Source: a virus
Reading direction: 5' to 3' (one strand)
IMG/VR virus record: IMGVR_UViG_3300020401_000016
Location: 5,863-69,862 of that record
Length of the DNA: 64,000 bases
Below the pieces are notes generated by a model, which was given only the letters and a program-made list of their open reading frames with translations, did no database searches and was not told the DNA's origin. The position numbers and the translations under genes are program-made. This document shows, one piece after another, positions 56,372-64,000 of the stretch. The first letter of the stretch is position 1, and every line of letters begins with the position of its first letter.

Positions 56372-57614
56372 TGTTTTTCACCTTCTCCATTATTTGTGTT
56401 GTAGAAAATCCTTCAACAGTTGGAAAAATTTTTACTTCAGCAAGTTCATTACCCACTGTGGTTTCTACTGTATAATCTCCGCCTTTTACAATAATGTCCG
56501 GAGAATATTCTTGAATTTTTTCTAATGGTGTATCATCTTCAAACACAACCACTTTGTCTACCCAAGGTAGTTGTAGTAACTGTTGTTCTCTTACATATGA
56601 ATTATTAAAAGGTCGTCCTTCACCTTTTAATCTTTTTACACTACTGTCGGAATTAATTCCTACAATTAAAATATCTCCCTGTTGTTTGGCAAATTTTAAC
56701 AGTTCTAAATGTCCATTGTGTAAAATATCAAACACACCATTTGTCCATACTACTGTATCTTCAATATCAGTTTTATCAATAATTGAAACACCTCTTTTTT
56801 GAATTATTTTTTGAGCACCTTTAACCGCTAATTCACAGCACGATACCATATCGTGTGTTTGCAGATAATGTGCAATCACTGCCAACACAGAATCTCCTGC
56901 ACCACTTACATCTGCTATTTCTACTTCTTCACCTTGAATGTGTTTGTGAGAATCTTTGCTCACAACATGAATACCGTTAGCACCATCAGTCACTATAAGC
57001 CAAGTCCAATGATTTTCTTTACAATGCTGTTGTGCGGATTTAGGTTCGAATTCCCCAAACCAGGATTCATATTCTTTCATATTTGGCTTTACTAAAAATG
57101 CACCAACGTATGCAGTAAAATCTTGCTTAGGATCTACATAAACATTTTTGCATTTTTGCAATATTTTTTGCACAGTATCTTTTTTAATCACACCTTTGTT
57201 GTAGTCACTTACAATCACTGTGTCACTTTCTGTCAAGTCTTCTAATAATTTTTCTGCAGGAATATTTTCTTTGTATTGTTCTTCTTTATCTACTCTAATA
57301 AGGTGTTGTCCGTTTTGACCTATAATTCTTGTTTTGGTAGTAGTGCATTTACTGTCCAAAGATAGATAGGATTTTACACTATTTTGTATTAGTATTTCAC
57401 GTATTTTTAACCCTGGGGTGTCGCTACCCACGGATCCATAAAGAGACGTGTGTGTGCCCAAATTTGACAGGTTTAAAGACAGATTTCCAGCGCCTCCTAC
57501 GTTATATTCTTTGCTAGATTCTTTAACAACAAGCACAGGTGCTTCTGGACTTACTTTTTGGCAGTCACCATTTACCCATGCATCTAACATAATGTCACCA
57601 ATAATTTTAATCAT
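56349..57614 (-). CDS. hldE: Bifunctional heptose-7-phosphate kinase / heptose-1-phosphate adenylyltransferase
   Basis: IGDIMLD, SPEAPV, GGAGN, SDYNKG, DVSGAGDSV; then TNGVFDILHNGH, VGINSD.SV.RLKG..RP, KGGDY, STT. Confidence 0.93.
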   Translation of the reverse strand: MIKIIGDIMLDAWVNGDCQKVSPEAPVLVVKESSKEYNVGGAGNLSLNLSNLGTHTSLYGSVGSDTPGLKIREILIQNSVKSYLSLDSKCTTTKTRIIGQNGQHLIRVDKEEQYKENIPAEKLLEDLTESDTVIVSDYNKGVIKKDTVQKILQKCKNVYVDPKQDFTAYVGAFLVKPNMKEYESWFGEFEPKSAQQHCKENHWTWLIVTDGANGIHVVSKDSHKHIQGEEVEIADVSGAGDSVLAVIAHYLQTHDMVSCCELAVKGAQKIIQKRGVSIIDKTDIEDTVVWTNGVFDILHNGHLELLKFAKQQGDILIVGINSDSSVKRLKGEGRPFNNSYVREQQLLQLPWVDKVVVFEDDTPLEKIQEYSPDIIVKGGDYTVETTVGNELAEVKIFPTVEGFSTTQIMEKVKNNAEKNSK

Positions 57615-58041
57615 CTAAAAACTTTAGTATTTTAAATACTGTATCTAATTTTGTTTGGTTTACTTTTGATTGCAAAGTTTTTCTTAAACCTTGGTGTAAA
57701 GGTTTGGGCCAATGGTTAAATGTACACCATGCAAATCCATCGTGTTCTTTATTCAGTTTTGGTAAAAATTCAGGACCTACAACACACAGGTAAGTGTGAT
57801 ACAAAAATGCTTCATCATTGCTAATAAAGGTTTCCATTGGGATTGTTTTTAAAATTTTTACGTCACCAATTTCTTCTTTTATTTCTCTTTTAAGACCTGC
57901 CCACGCTAATTCATTAGTGGTGGTTCCTCCAACAAGTCCCCACACTCTGTTTTGTTTACTTTGCGTTCTGTGTAGCAGTAAAAATCTATTAGTTTCTTTA
58001 GAATAGAATAATGCACCGCACCCAATAATCTTCTCGGTCAT
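57607..58041 (-). CDS. NUDIX hydrolase
   Basis: Nudix box G-GTTTN-E-LAWAGLK-REIKEEIG. Confidence 0.85.
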   Translation of the reverse strand: MTEKIIGCGALFYSKETNRFLLLHRTQSKQNRVWGLVGGTTTNELAWAGLKREIKEEIGDVKILKTIPMETFISNDEAFLYHTYLCVVGPEFLPKLNKEHDGFAWCTFNHWPKPLHQGLRKTLQSKVNQTKLDTVFKILKFLDD

Positions 58042-58053
58042 ACAGTTAATTAT

Positions 58054-59496
58054 TTAGAGTTGAATTTGCCAGGTTCCTTTACGATATTCACCTTCAAATG
58101 ATAACAGCCATTGTTCGCCTGTCCACTTGTATTGTATTCCGGTATTTAAATTGGTAATGAATTTGGTTTCAAAACCTTCACTGTCTTTAAGATTAGCACT
58201 TGCGTCAAACAATACTGTCCATGTAGATCCGTTCCATTCAACAATATCGTTTTCATTCATGTCTGTCAAAGAGTTGTTTGTGTTTTTCCATGCGTCAGCG
58301 TCATTGTTTACATCTGCAAGAAGTAATAATCTCGTGCCTGTTTGTTTGATGTCTGACGGATTAAATTTAGTTGGATCTATTATATAATCAACTGTGCCTC
58401 TTGAATTGACTCCTGTAAATATTGTATCTGTTGGAATTGTGTCTTCATCCCAATTTATAATAAGTTGATTTTCATTAAGTTCATTGACAGCAAAAGTACC
58501 GCTTACTCTTTGATTAATATCTTGTCTATTCAATAATATTCTACTCAATCCTGCATTGTATTTTCCTGGCAGTGTTTTAATAATTTTATTCCAATTCACT
58601 GCGCCTGCAATGCCTTTGTCAATTACTTGACCTACATTATTCATCACTAATAAATCATATCCAATAGCAGTTGTGGCAATTACAGCATCTGCATCTTCTT
58701 TCGTTGTAGCACTAGAATCTATAGTGCCATCTGCACTCTTTGTAATTGTTGATTTAACACTTTTAGAATAATCATCTGAGTATGCTTGGAGTTCAGGCAT
58801 AGTTTGTCCTAGGTCAATATTACCTGTTCTTTCATTGTATATACTTGCAATAATTTGTGTAACAACTCCTAATTTTTTAACTTTTGTTGGAGGCGATATG
58901 TATATAGGTGTTGTAAAATTTAAAGTGGCAACATCTATTTCAGACTCTGTACCTGTTGGAATACTTCTGCTACTAAAATTAATACTTGCAATTTCAACAA
59001 CACTTAAACTTGTCCAATCAACATAGTTGTCTGTTGTTTGAATTTCTAAACTAGGATTAAACAACATTAAAATTTGTTCCATAATTTGTAATTTTTGTTC
59101 AGTGTTTGTAGTCCATAAATCAACTGCAACACTCAATGTATATGGAGTTGGCATTAATCTTTCAACTGTATAATTATTTCCTTGTGTATTAAGGTATTCA
59201 TTGTTATCACTATCATATGCACGTTCTCTAAGATGAACTTTTGAAATGTAAGATGCATCTGCAAGTCGTGTTCTATCTAATTCTAAATTAGTAATATACA
59301 CTCCCATACGAGGAGCACTCATAATTTTATTCTCACTATTATCTCGCATAATATGAGCAACTTGTCTAGTAATGTCACCATACATCACTGGTATTGTACG
59401 CAAAGCACCATCGCCATCTTTAAAATTAAAATTACTCATTAATCTAACAATTTGAGTAATATATCTACGTATTTGTCCGTCGTAAAAAAATTGCAT
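58054..59496 (-). CDS. gp15: Tail sheath stabiliser/completion protein (T4 gp15-like) with C-terminal extension
   Basis: FFYD.QIRRY, IPVMYG, PRM, MPTPY.L, QIMEQIL..FNP. Confidence 0.78.
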   Translation of the reverse strand: MQFFYDGQIRRYITQIVRLMSNFNFKDGDGALRTIPVMYGDITRQVAHIMRDNSENKIMSAPRMGVYITNLELDRTRLADASYISKVHLRERAYDSDNNEYLNTQGNNYTVERLMPTPYTLSVAVDLWTTNTEQKLQIMEQILMLFNPSLEIQTTDNYVDWTSLSVVEIASINFSSRSIPTGTESEIDVATLNFTTPIYISPPTKVKKLGVVTQIIASIYNERTGNIDLGQTMPELQAYSDDYSKSVKSTITKSADGTIDSSATTKEDADAVIATTAIGYDLLVMNNVGQVIDKGIAGAVNWNKIIKTLPGKYNAGLSRILLNRQDINQRVSGTFAVNELNENQLIINWDEDTIPTDTIFTGVNSRGTVDYIIDPTKFNPSDIKQTGTRLLLLADVNNDADAWKNTNNSLTDMNENDIVEWNGSTWTVLFDASANLKDSEGFETKFITNLNTGIQYKWTGEQWLLSFEGEYRKGTWQIQL

Positions 59497-59696
59497 TAAT
59501 CTTTACCTTCTATTGATGTTCCTTTAAAAGGATCATTTTCTATATTTCTATTATTTTCGTTAAACTTATTTCCAGTTGGTTCATAGTATGTTCTAACTTT
59601 ACCCATGTAGGACTTTGTTACTTTTTTCAGCCCTTGCGGCTTGGCAGTATGTGCCATAGGAATTCCAGCAAAACCAAATAATTCTCTTATTTTCAT
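59496..59696 (-). CDS. Small hypothetical protein
   Basis: 66 aa, overlapping stop/start (TAATG) with both neighbours. Confidence 0.55.
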   Translation of the reverse strand: MKIRELFGFAGIPMAHTAKPQGLKKVTKSYMGKVRTYYEPTGNKFNENNRNIENDPFKGTSIEGKD

Positions 59697-61099
59697 TAAT
59701 TGTCCGCCTGTGGTCGCAACGCTTTAGAAAGACTTTGTCTTTCTTGTTGTCTTGTTTTGTATAATTCAACATTCCATTTGCCATCAAAAGGTATTTTTTC
59801 TTGAACGTCACTAATAATAGGTAATGTTATAAACACCTTATCATTGGATGATGTAATCAAATTTGTATGATCCGCTATGGCGTATGTAATTTCTCTTGTA
59901 TCTAGTTTTAGTAATAGATAGTTTGCTGATGTAACTGGATATGGAATAGTTGTTGTTATTGTTGTTGCATCTTTTGTAAGAGTAACAACATCTGTAGCAA
60001 CACGCCCAGAAAATACATAATTGTTGTTGTTTATAAATTTAGTTTTCATTGTATTTCTTGTGTTTGTATTTGTCAAAGTCATACGTAAAGCATCTTCCAT
60101 TTTGACCCAACGTGTGCCGTCATATCTAAACAATCTATTAGGCATAAAATCAGTACGTAAAAAATAATCTCCTTTTACAGAACCTGTTGGAAAAGATATA
60201 CCATGACCAAAAACTTCTCCGTTTGGTGCTAGACCATCGCCTAACAAATATCCATCATAGCCTGTTCTTTCAGGAGTTTGTTCAACTCTATCTGCTAATT
60301 CATTGAGTGTAGAAGTATCTAATTCTGTTGTATCAGTGGTTACTAATTCACGTTTACCATTTTCATCAACTTGTAAAGTGTATAAATGGCTTGTATCATA
60401 ACCCGATTTACTTGCATCTGCTTCTGCTTGTTGTACGACAGCATTATTAATATTCATTTCTGCTTCATAAGTAGAAAGCACATCACGTAATGTCTTACCA
60501 TCTCCGTTTCCAGCATCTTGTTTTAGTATATCTTTAAATTCTTGTGAATCGTAAATTTGTTTTAGTTTTACTCTATAAAGATGAGGCCACCAAGTTTGAC
60601 TAAATCCTTCACTTGCTCTGTTTACATCTTCAACAACATAAAATCTTTTCAATGCAACGTTAAAATCATTAAGAGCATATTCATCTTTCAAGTGAGGCAA
60701 TTCAAATACATCACCTGGCATAACTTTTCTACCCAATGTTTTAACACTGTAACTAATAGGTACAGTCATAAACAATGTATCATTTTGTAGGAATAAGCCA
60801 AACTGACTCATGTCAAAGTCGACATCTTGCACATTGTATATGCCTCTTAATCTATAAATGTTTTCATCGTATTTTCTGTCTCTGTTTTCTAAAAACAACA
60901 AATCTTGTATATTTGTTTCTTTAACAGCATCATACCTAGGCTTATCCGCAGTGGCTTCGGATTCGTCTGGATTACGAGGCCCTAGATATTTGTGAACATA
61001 AACGTCTGTTCCACCCACGGTGAACATTTCGTTAATATTCTTGTCTAAAAACGTGTAATCTGGACCTTTTTCTGGTTTATATAAACTGATTCTCGGCAT
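59696..61099 (-). CDS. gp14: Neck/head-closure protein (T4 gp14-like)
   Basis: IQDLLFLENRDRKYD, MSQFGLFL, GDVFELPHL; divergent from a gp13-like gene. Confidence 0.65.
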   Translation of the reverse strand: MPRISLYKPEKGPDYTFLDKNINEMFTVGGTDVYVHKYLGPRNPDESEATADKPRYDAVKETNIQDLLFLENRDRKYDENIYRLRGIYNVQDVDFDMSQFGLFLQNDTLFMTVPISYSVKTLGRKVMPGDVFELPHLKDEYALNDFNVALKRFYVVEDVNRASEGFSQTWWPHLYRVKLKQIYDSQEFKDILKQDAGNGDGKTLRDVLSTYEAEMNINNAVVQQAEADASKSGYDTSHLYTLQVDENGKRELVTTDTTELDTSTLNELADRVEQTPERTGYDGYLLGDGLAPNGEVFGHGISFPTGSVKGDYFLRTDFMPNRLFRYDGTRWVKMEDALRMTLTNTNTRNTMKTKFINNNNYVFSGRVATDVVTLTKDATTITTTIPYPVTSANYLLLKLDTREITYAIADHTNLITSSNDKVFITLPIISDVQEKIPFDGKWNVELYKTRQQERQSLSKALRPQADN

Positions 61100-61141
61100 A
61101 CAGCATATTTATTAATAGTTCAAGGCATATAAATATAAGAA

Positions 61142-61903
61142 ATGAGTACACAATTCAACACACAAAAACAAGAGATATTCGACTACGTTTTCCGTATGTT
61201 GGGTGGTGGTATGATCGACGTAGAGTTAGATCCTGACCACTACGAGACAGCAATTAAAGACGCATTCGACAGATATAGACAGAGATCTGACCATTCAGTC
61301 GAGGAATCATATCTATTCATGCCCACTGTGATAGATCAAAACACATACACTCTACCTAATGAAGTAATGGAAGTTAGAAAAATTTTTAGACGTTCTATTG
61401 GTTCAAGAACAGGTGGTGGAGATGGTGGTACACTGTTTGAACCATTCAATCTAGCATACACAAACACCTACCTTTTAGCCAGTACAAACTTAGGTGGTTT
61501 AGCAACCTACAATGCTTTTGCACAGTATCAAGAATTGGTAGGAAGAATGTTTGGTTCTTTTATAGAATTCAAATGGAACAACACAAACAAAGAATTAACA
61601 CTACTCCAAAGACCAAGAGCAGAAGAAAATTTATTGTTGTATGCATACAATTACAGACCAGATTCAGAATTATTGAATGATTATTTGGCACAAAAATGGA
61701 TAAAAAGTTACACTTTGGCAATATCCAAATATATGCTGGGCGAAGCCAGAAGTAAATTTAATACAGTTGCAGGGCCACAAGGTGGAAGTTCCTTAAACGG
61801 TGACGCACTAAAACAAGAAGCCTCTTCAGAGTTAGAAAGACTTGACCAAGAACTATCAACACAAACAGCAGGTGGTGTTGGTTACAGTTTCACAATTGGT
61901 TAA
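61142..61903 (+). CDS. gp13: Neck protein (T4 gp13-like)
   Basis: LGGGMIDVELD, WIKSY.LA..K..LGEARSKF...GP.GG..LNG. Confidence 0.85.
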   Translation: MSTQFNTQKQEIFDYVFRMLGGGMIDVELDPDHYETAIKDAFDRYRQRSDHSVEESYLFMPTVIDQNTYTLPNEVMEVRKIFRRSIGSRTGGGDGGTLFEPFNLAYTNTYLLASTNLGGLATYNAFAQYQELVGRMFGSFIEFKWNNTNKELTLLQRPRAEENLLLYAYNYRPDSELLNDYLAQKWIKSYTLAISKYMLGEARSKFNTVAGPQGGSSLNGDALKQEASSELERLDQELSTQTAGGVGYSFTIG

Positions 61904-61910
61904 TTCACAG

Positions 61911-61939
61911 TTGACATTATCATAATTTTGTTGTAATAT
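61911..61939 (+). promoter_or_regulatory. Sigma70-like promoter
   Basis: TTGACA-N17-TAATAT upstream of the 61948 oxygenase and dNMP kinase. Confidence 0.6.
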
Positions 61940-61947
61940 CGTAAGAT

Positions 61948-62589
61948 ATGCAACACAAAATGATTCCTTTATTTTCCGTGCCTTTGTTTAAAACAAACAT
62001 TGGGCCATTAGACTCTATTGAAAGAACCTGGATAGATAGTTTAGAGTATCCACCAAAAGCAGTAGCAAGAGACAAATCTGACGACCATCTTCCAATGGTT
62101 AATAGAGGAATGCACATTTTGAATAGTGGGCAATTAAAAAACACAAAAATAAAAATACAAAATGCTCTTGAATATTTTACAAAAACAGTAATGGGCATTG
62201 AACAAAATTTTAGAATAACAACAAGTTGGATTAATAAAATTCCTAAGGAGGATTGGATACAACAACATTCACACGCAAACAGTGTGATAAGCGGAGTGTA
62301 TTACATAGAAACAACGCCTAACTGTTCGCCAATTGTTTTTAACAAGCCATTTTTGTACACAAACTTTGTACATCAAACAGTGCAAATTACATTTGATGAA
62401 AGCAATAAAAATCAATACAACAGTGATCACATTGGTGTTCAACCTGAAACAGGAGACCTTTTATTGTTCCCATCTTGGTTAGAACACACTGTTAATCCAC
62501 AACAACCAGATGTGGAAAGAATAGGGTTAGCATTCAACTGTTTTCCCACAGGAAAATTTGGAAAAGGAACATTTCAATTAGAATTATGA
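61948..62589 (+). CDS. Putative 2OG-Fe(II) oxygenase
   Basis: SWIN, HSHANSVISGVYY, GDLLLFPSWLEH.V, R..LAFN. Confidence 0.85.
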   Translation: MQHKMIPLFSVPLFKTNIGPLDSIERTWIDSLEYPPKAVARDKSDDHLPMVNRGMHILNSGQLKNTKIKIQNALEYFTKTVMGIEQNFRITTSWINKIPKEDWIQQHSHANSVISGVYYIETTPNCSPIVFNKPFLYTNFVHQTVQITFDESNKNQYNSDHIGVQPETGDLLLFPSWLEHTVNPQQPDVERIGLAFNCFPTGKFGKGTFQLEL

Positions 62590-63212
62590 TTATAGGAATA
62601 TGCGGACTAATTGGTTCGGGCAAAGACACAATCGCAGATTACTTGGTTACAAATTATAATTTTAAGAAACTATCTTTTGCAGATAAACTCAAAGACAGTG
62701 TTGCAACAATGTTTGATTGGGACAGAGACCTACTGGATGGCAAAACAGACGAATCAAGAGCATGGCGTGAAAAGGAAGATGCATACTGGACAAAGGAATT
62801 AGGTTACAGTGTAACACCAAGATTAGTATTACAAAAGTTTGGCACAGAATGTATGCGTGATGGCTTCTATGATGGTATATGGGTAAGTCTTACAAAAAAG
62901 AAAGTATTAGATAATCCAGATGTAAAATGGGTTATTCCAGATGTTAGATTTGATAATGAAGCAAAAATGATTAAAGAAGTAGGCGGTGAAGTTTGGTGGG
63001 TAAAAAGAGGCCCATTGCCTATGTGGTTTAGAATGTATCAAGACATAGGTCAAAAACCTGAGGACATACATCCATCAGAATGGGCATGGGCAAATGTGCA
63101 TTTTGACAAAGTATTGGAAAATGATTCTACTGTAGATGCTCTTAGAAATCGGGTACAAGGTCACCTTGCTTCCAAGTTACCCCTTCAAGATGCAATACCC
63201 TTTGGCAATTAG
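62586..63212 (+). CDS. Deoxynucleoside monophosphate kinase (T4 gp1-like)
   Basis: IIGICGLIGSGKDT, SFAD.LK, TPR.VLQ.FGTE, IPDVRF.NE, H.SE. Confidence 0.92.
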   Translation: MIIGICGLIGSGKDTIADYLVTNYNFKKLSFADKLKDSVATMFDWDRDLLDGKTDESRAWREKEDAYWTKELGYSVTPRLVLQKFGTECMRDGFYDGIWVSLTKKKVLDNPDVKWVIPDVRFDNEAKMIKEVGGEVWWVKRGPLPMWFRMYQDIGQKPEDIHPSEWAWANVHFDKVLENDSTVDALRNRVQGHLASKLPLQDAIPFGN

Positions 63213-63483
63213 CACATACAGTTTTTAAATTACTGTAAGACACATTGTTCAAATTACCATCAATATGAAACACATCAAATTGATGTTTATACCTGCTTTT
63301 ATGTCCACACTTGTCACAGGACTTTTTAGGTCTATACCCTGCTAACCACCACTTGGGCCAACCCTTTTTGCCTTTTTTCTGTTTTAAACATATACTGCAT
63401 TTCTGTCTATAGAAAACTTTGCCGTCCTTGTGATAATTAATTGCACACGGCTTTTGCTTACAAATGCTACATAAAGGCCTCAT
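63142..63483 (-). CDS. Zn-finger / HNH-like protein
   Basis: Several CxxC pairs; FHIDGN..N....NL.TVCANCQ. Confidence 0.75.
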   Translation of the reverse strand: MRPLCSICKQKPCAINYHKDGKVFYRQKCSICLKQKKGKKGWPKWWLAGYRPKKSCDKCGHKSRYKHQFDVFHIDGNLNNVSYSNLKTVCANCQRVLHLEGVTWKQGDLVPDF

Positions 63484-63552
63484 ATACAGTATTTACCTAG
63501 CCTTTTTGAAGCCTTTTGATAGCACTAAAAAGCCTATGATTTAGGAATTCTT

Positions 63553-63560
63553 TATAAATA
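63553..63560 (+). promoter_or_regulatory. T4-type late promoter TATAAATA for the tail sheath gene
   Basis: Exact consensus, followed by an AGGAG SD and ATG 63591. Confidence 0.8.
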
Positions 63561-63590
63561 CAACAGATAAAGGAATTAGGAGATTATAAA

Positions 63591-64000
63591 ATGGCATTAG
63601 TTTCACCAGGAGTTCAAGTAAGTGTAATAGACGAAAGTTTCTATACACCAGCAGAACCGGGCACAGTCCCAATGATATTTGTTGCTTCGGCACAAGACAA
63701 AACAAACAGTTCAGGAACAGGTACCGCACAAGGTACAACAGCGGCAAACGCCGGCAAAGTGTTCTTAATGACTTCACAAAGAGAATTAGCAGAAACATTT
63801 GGAGATCCAGTATTCAAGACTGATGCAAACAATAATCCTATCCACGGCGGTGAAACAAATGAATACGGACTACAAGCGGCTTACTCTTATTTAGGAGTTG
63901 CCAACAGAGCATTCGTTGTTAGAGCAAATGTTGACTTAGGTCAATTAGAAGCAAGTGCTTCTGTGCCAACAGCAAACCCACCAGCAGGAACTTATTGGTT
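63591..64000 (+). CDS. gp18: Tail sheath protein (T4 gp18-like), 5' part
   Basis: Manual translation MALVSPGVQVSVIDESFY...TSQRELAETFGDP...NEYGLQAAYSYLG..NRAFVVRA, open to the edge. Confidence 0.92.
   Translation, partial: MALVSPGVQVSVIDESFYTPAEPGTVPMIFVASAQDKTNSSGTGTAQGTTAANAGKVFLMTSQRELAETFGDPVFKTDANNNPIHGGETNEYGLQAAYSYLGVANRAFVVRANVDLGQLEASASVPTANPPAGTYW

Noticed and set aside
306-63832. Many short opposite-strand or alternate-frame ORFs in the track (for example 306-599, 2856-3359, 6489-6968, 8001-8576, 19114-19611, 63641-63832)
   Set aside because: Shadows of long genuine genes, with antisense-type composition and no SD or motifs.
1-64000. Stop-codon reassignment, introns/inteins, tRNA genes
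   Set aside because: Genes read full length in the standard code, both TAA and TAG act as stops, core genes look uninterrupted, and no cloverleaf was noticed by eye.

Overview
AT-rich, gene-dense segment of a large T4-like (myovirus) phage genome, probably aquatic, covering the virion morphogenesis region: baseplate hub and tape-measure-like genes, portal, prohead core/protease/scaffold, major capsid, about 40 kb of giant modular fibre/baseplate proteins, neck and tail-completion genes, dNMP kinase and the start of the tail sheath. T4-type late promoters (TAAATA) are frequent. Accessory content includes a Zn-type HemB lacking its N-terminal arm, a HemD-like ORF cut by the left window edge, three tandem ~10% Cys paralogues, two GT9-like genes flanking a carbamoyltransferase, and hldE/hldD ADP-heptose genes. 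The most striking candidate system is phage tetrapyrrole enzymes plus phycobiliprotein-like helical domains, retaining the bilin-binding C-x-R-D motif, inside giant virion proteins. Other highlights are a ~216-nt structured ncRNA with its own promoter after the capsid gene, a possible virion heptosylation/carbamoylation module, nested domain insertions, leaderless late mRNAs and apparent GCWGC avoidance. All assignments are from motif recognition by eye; no database searches or folding programs were run.
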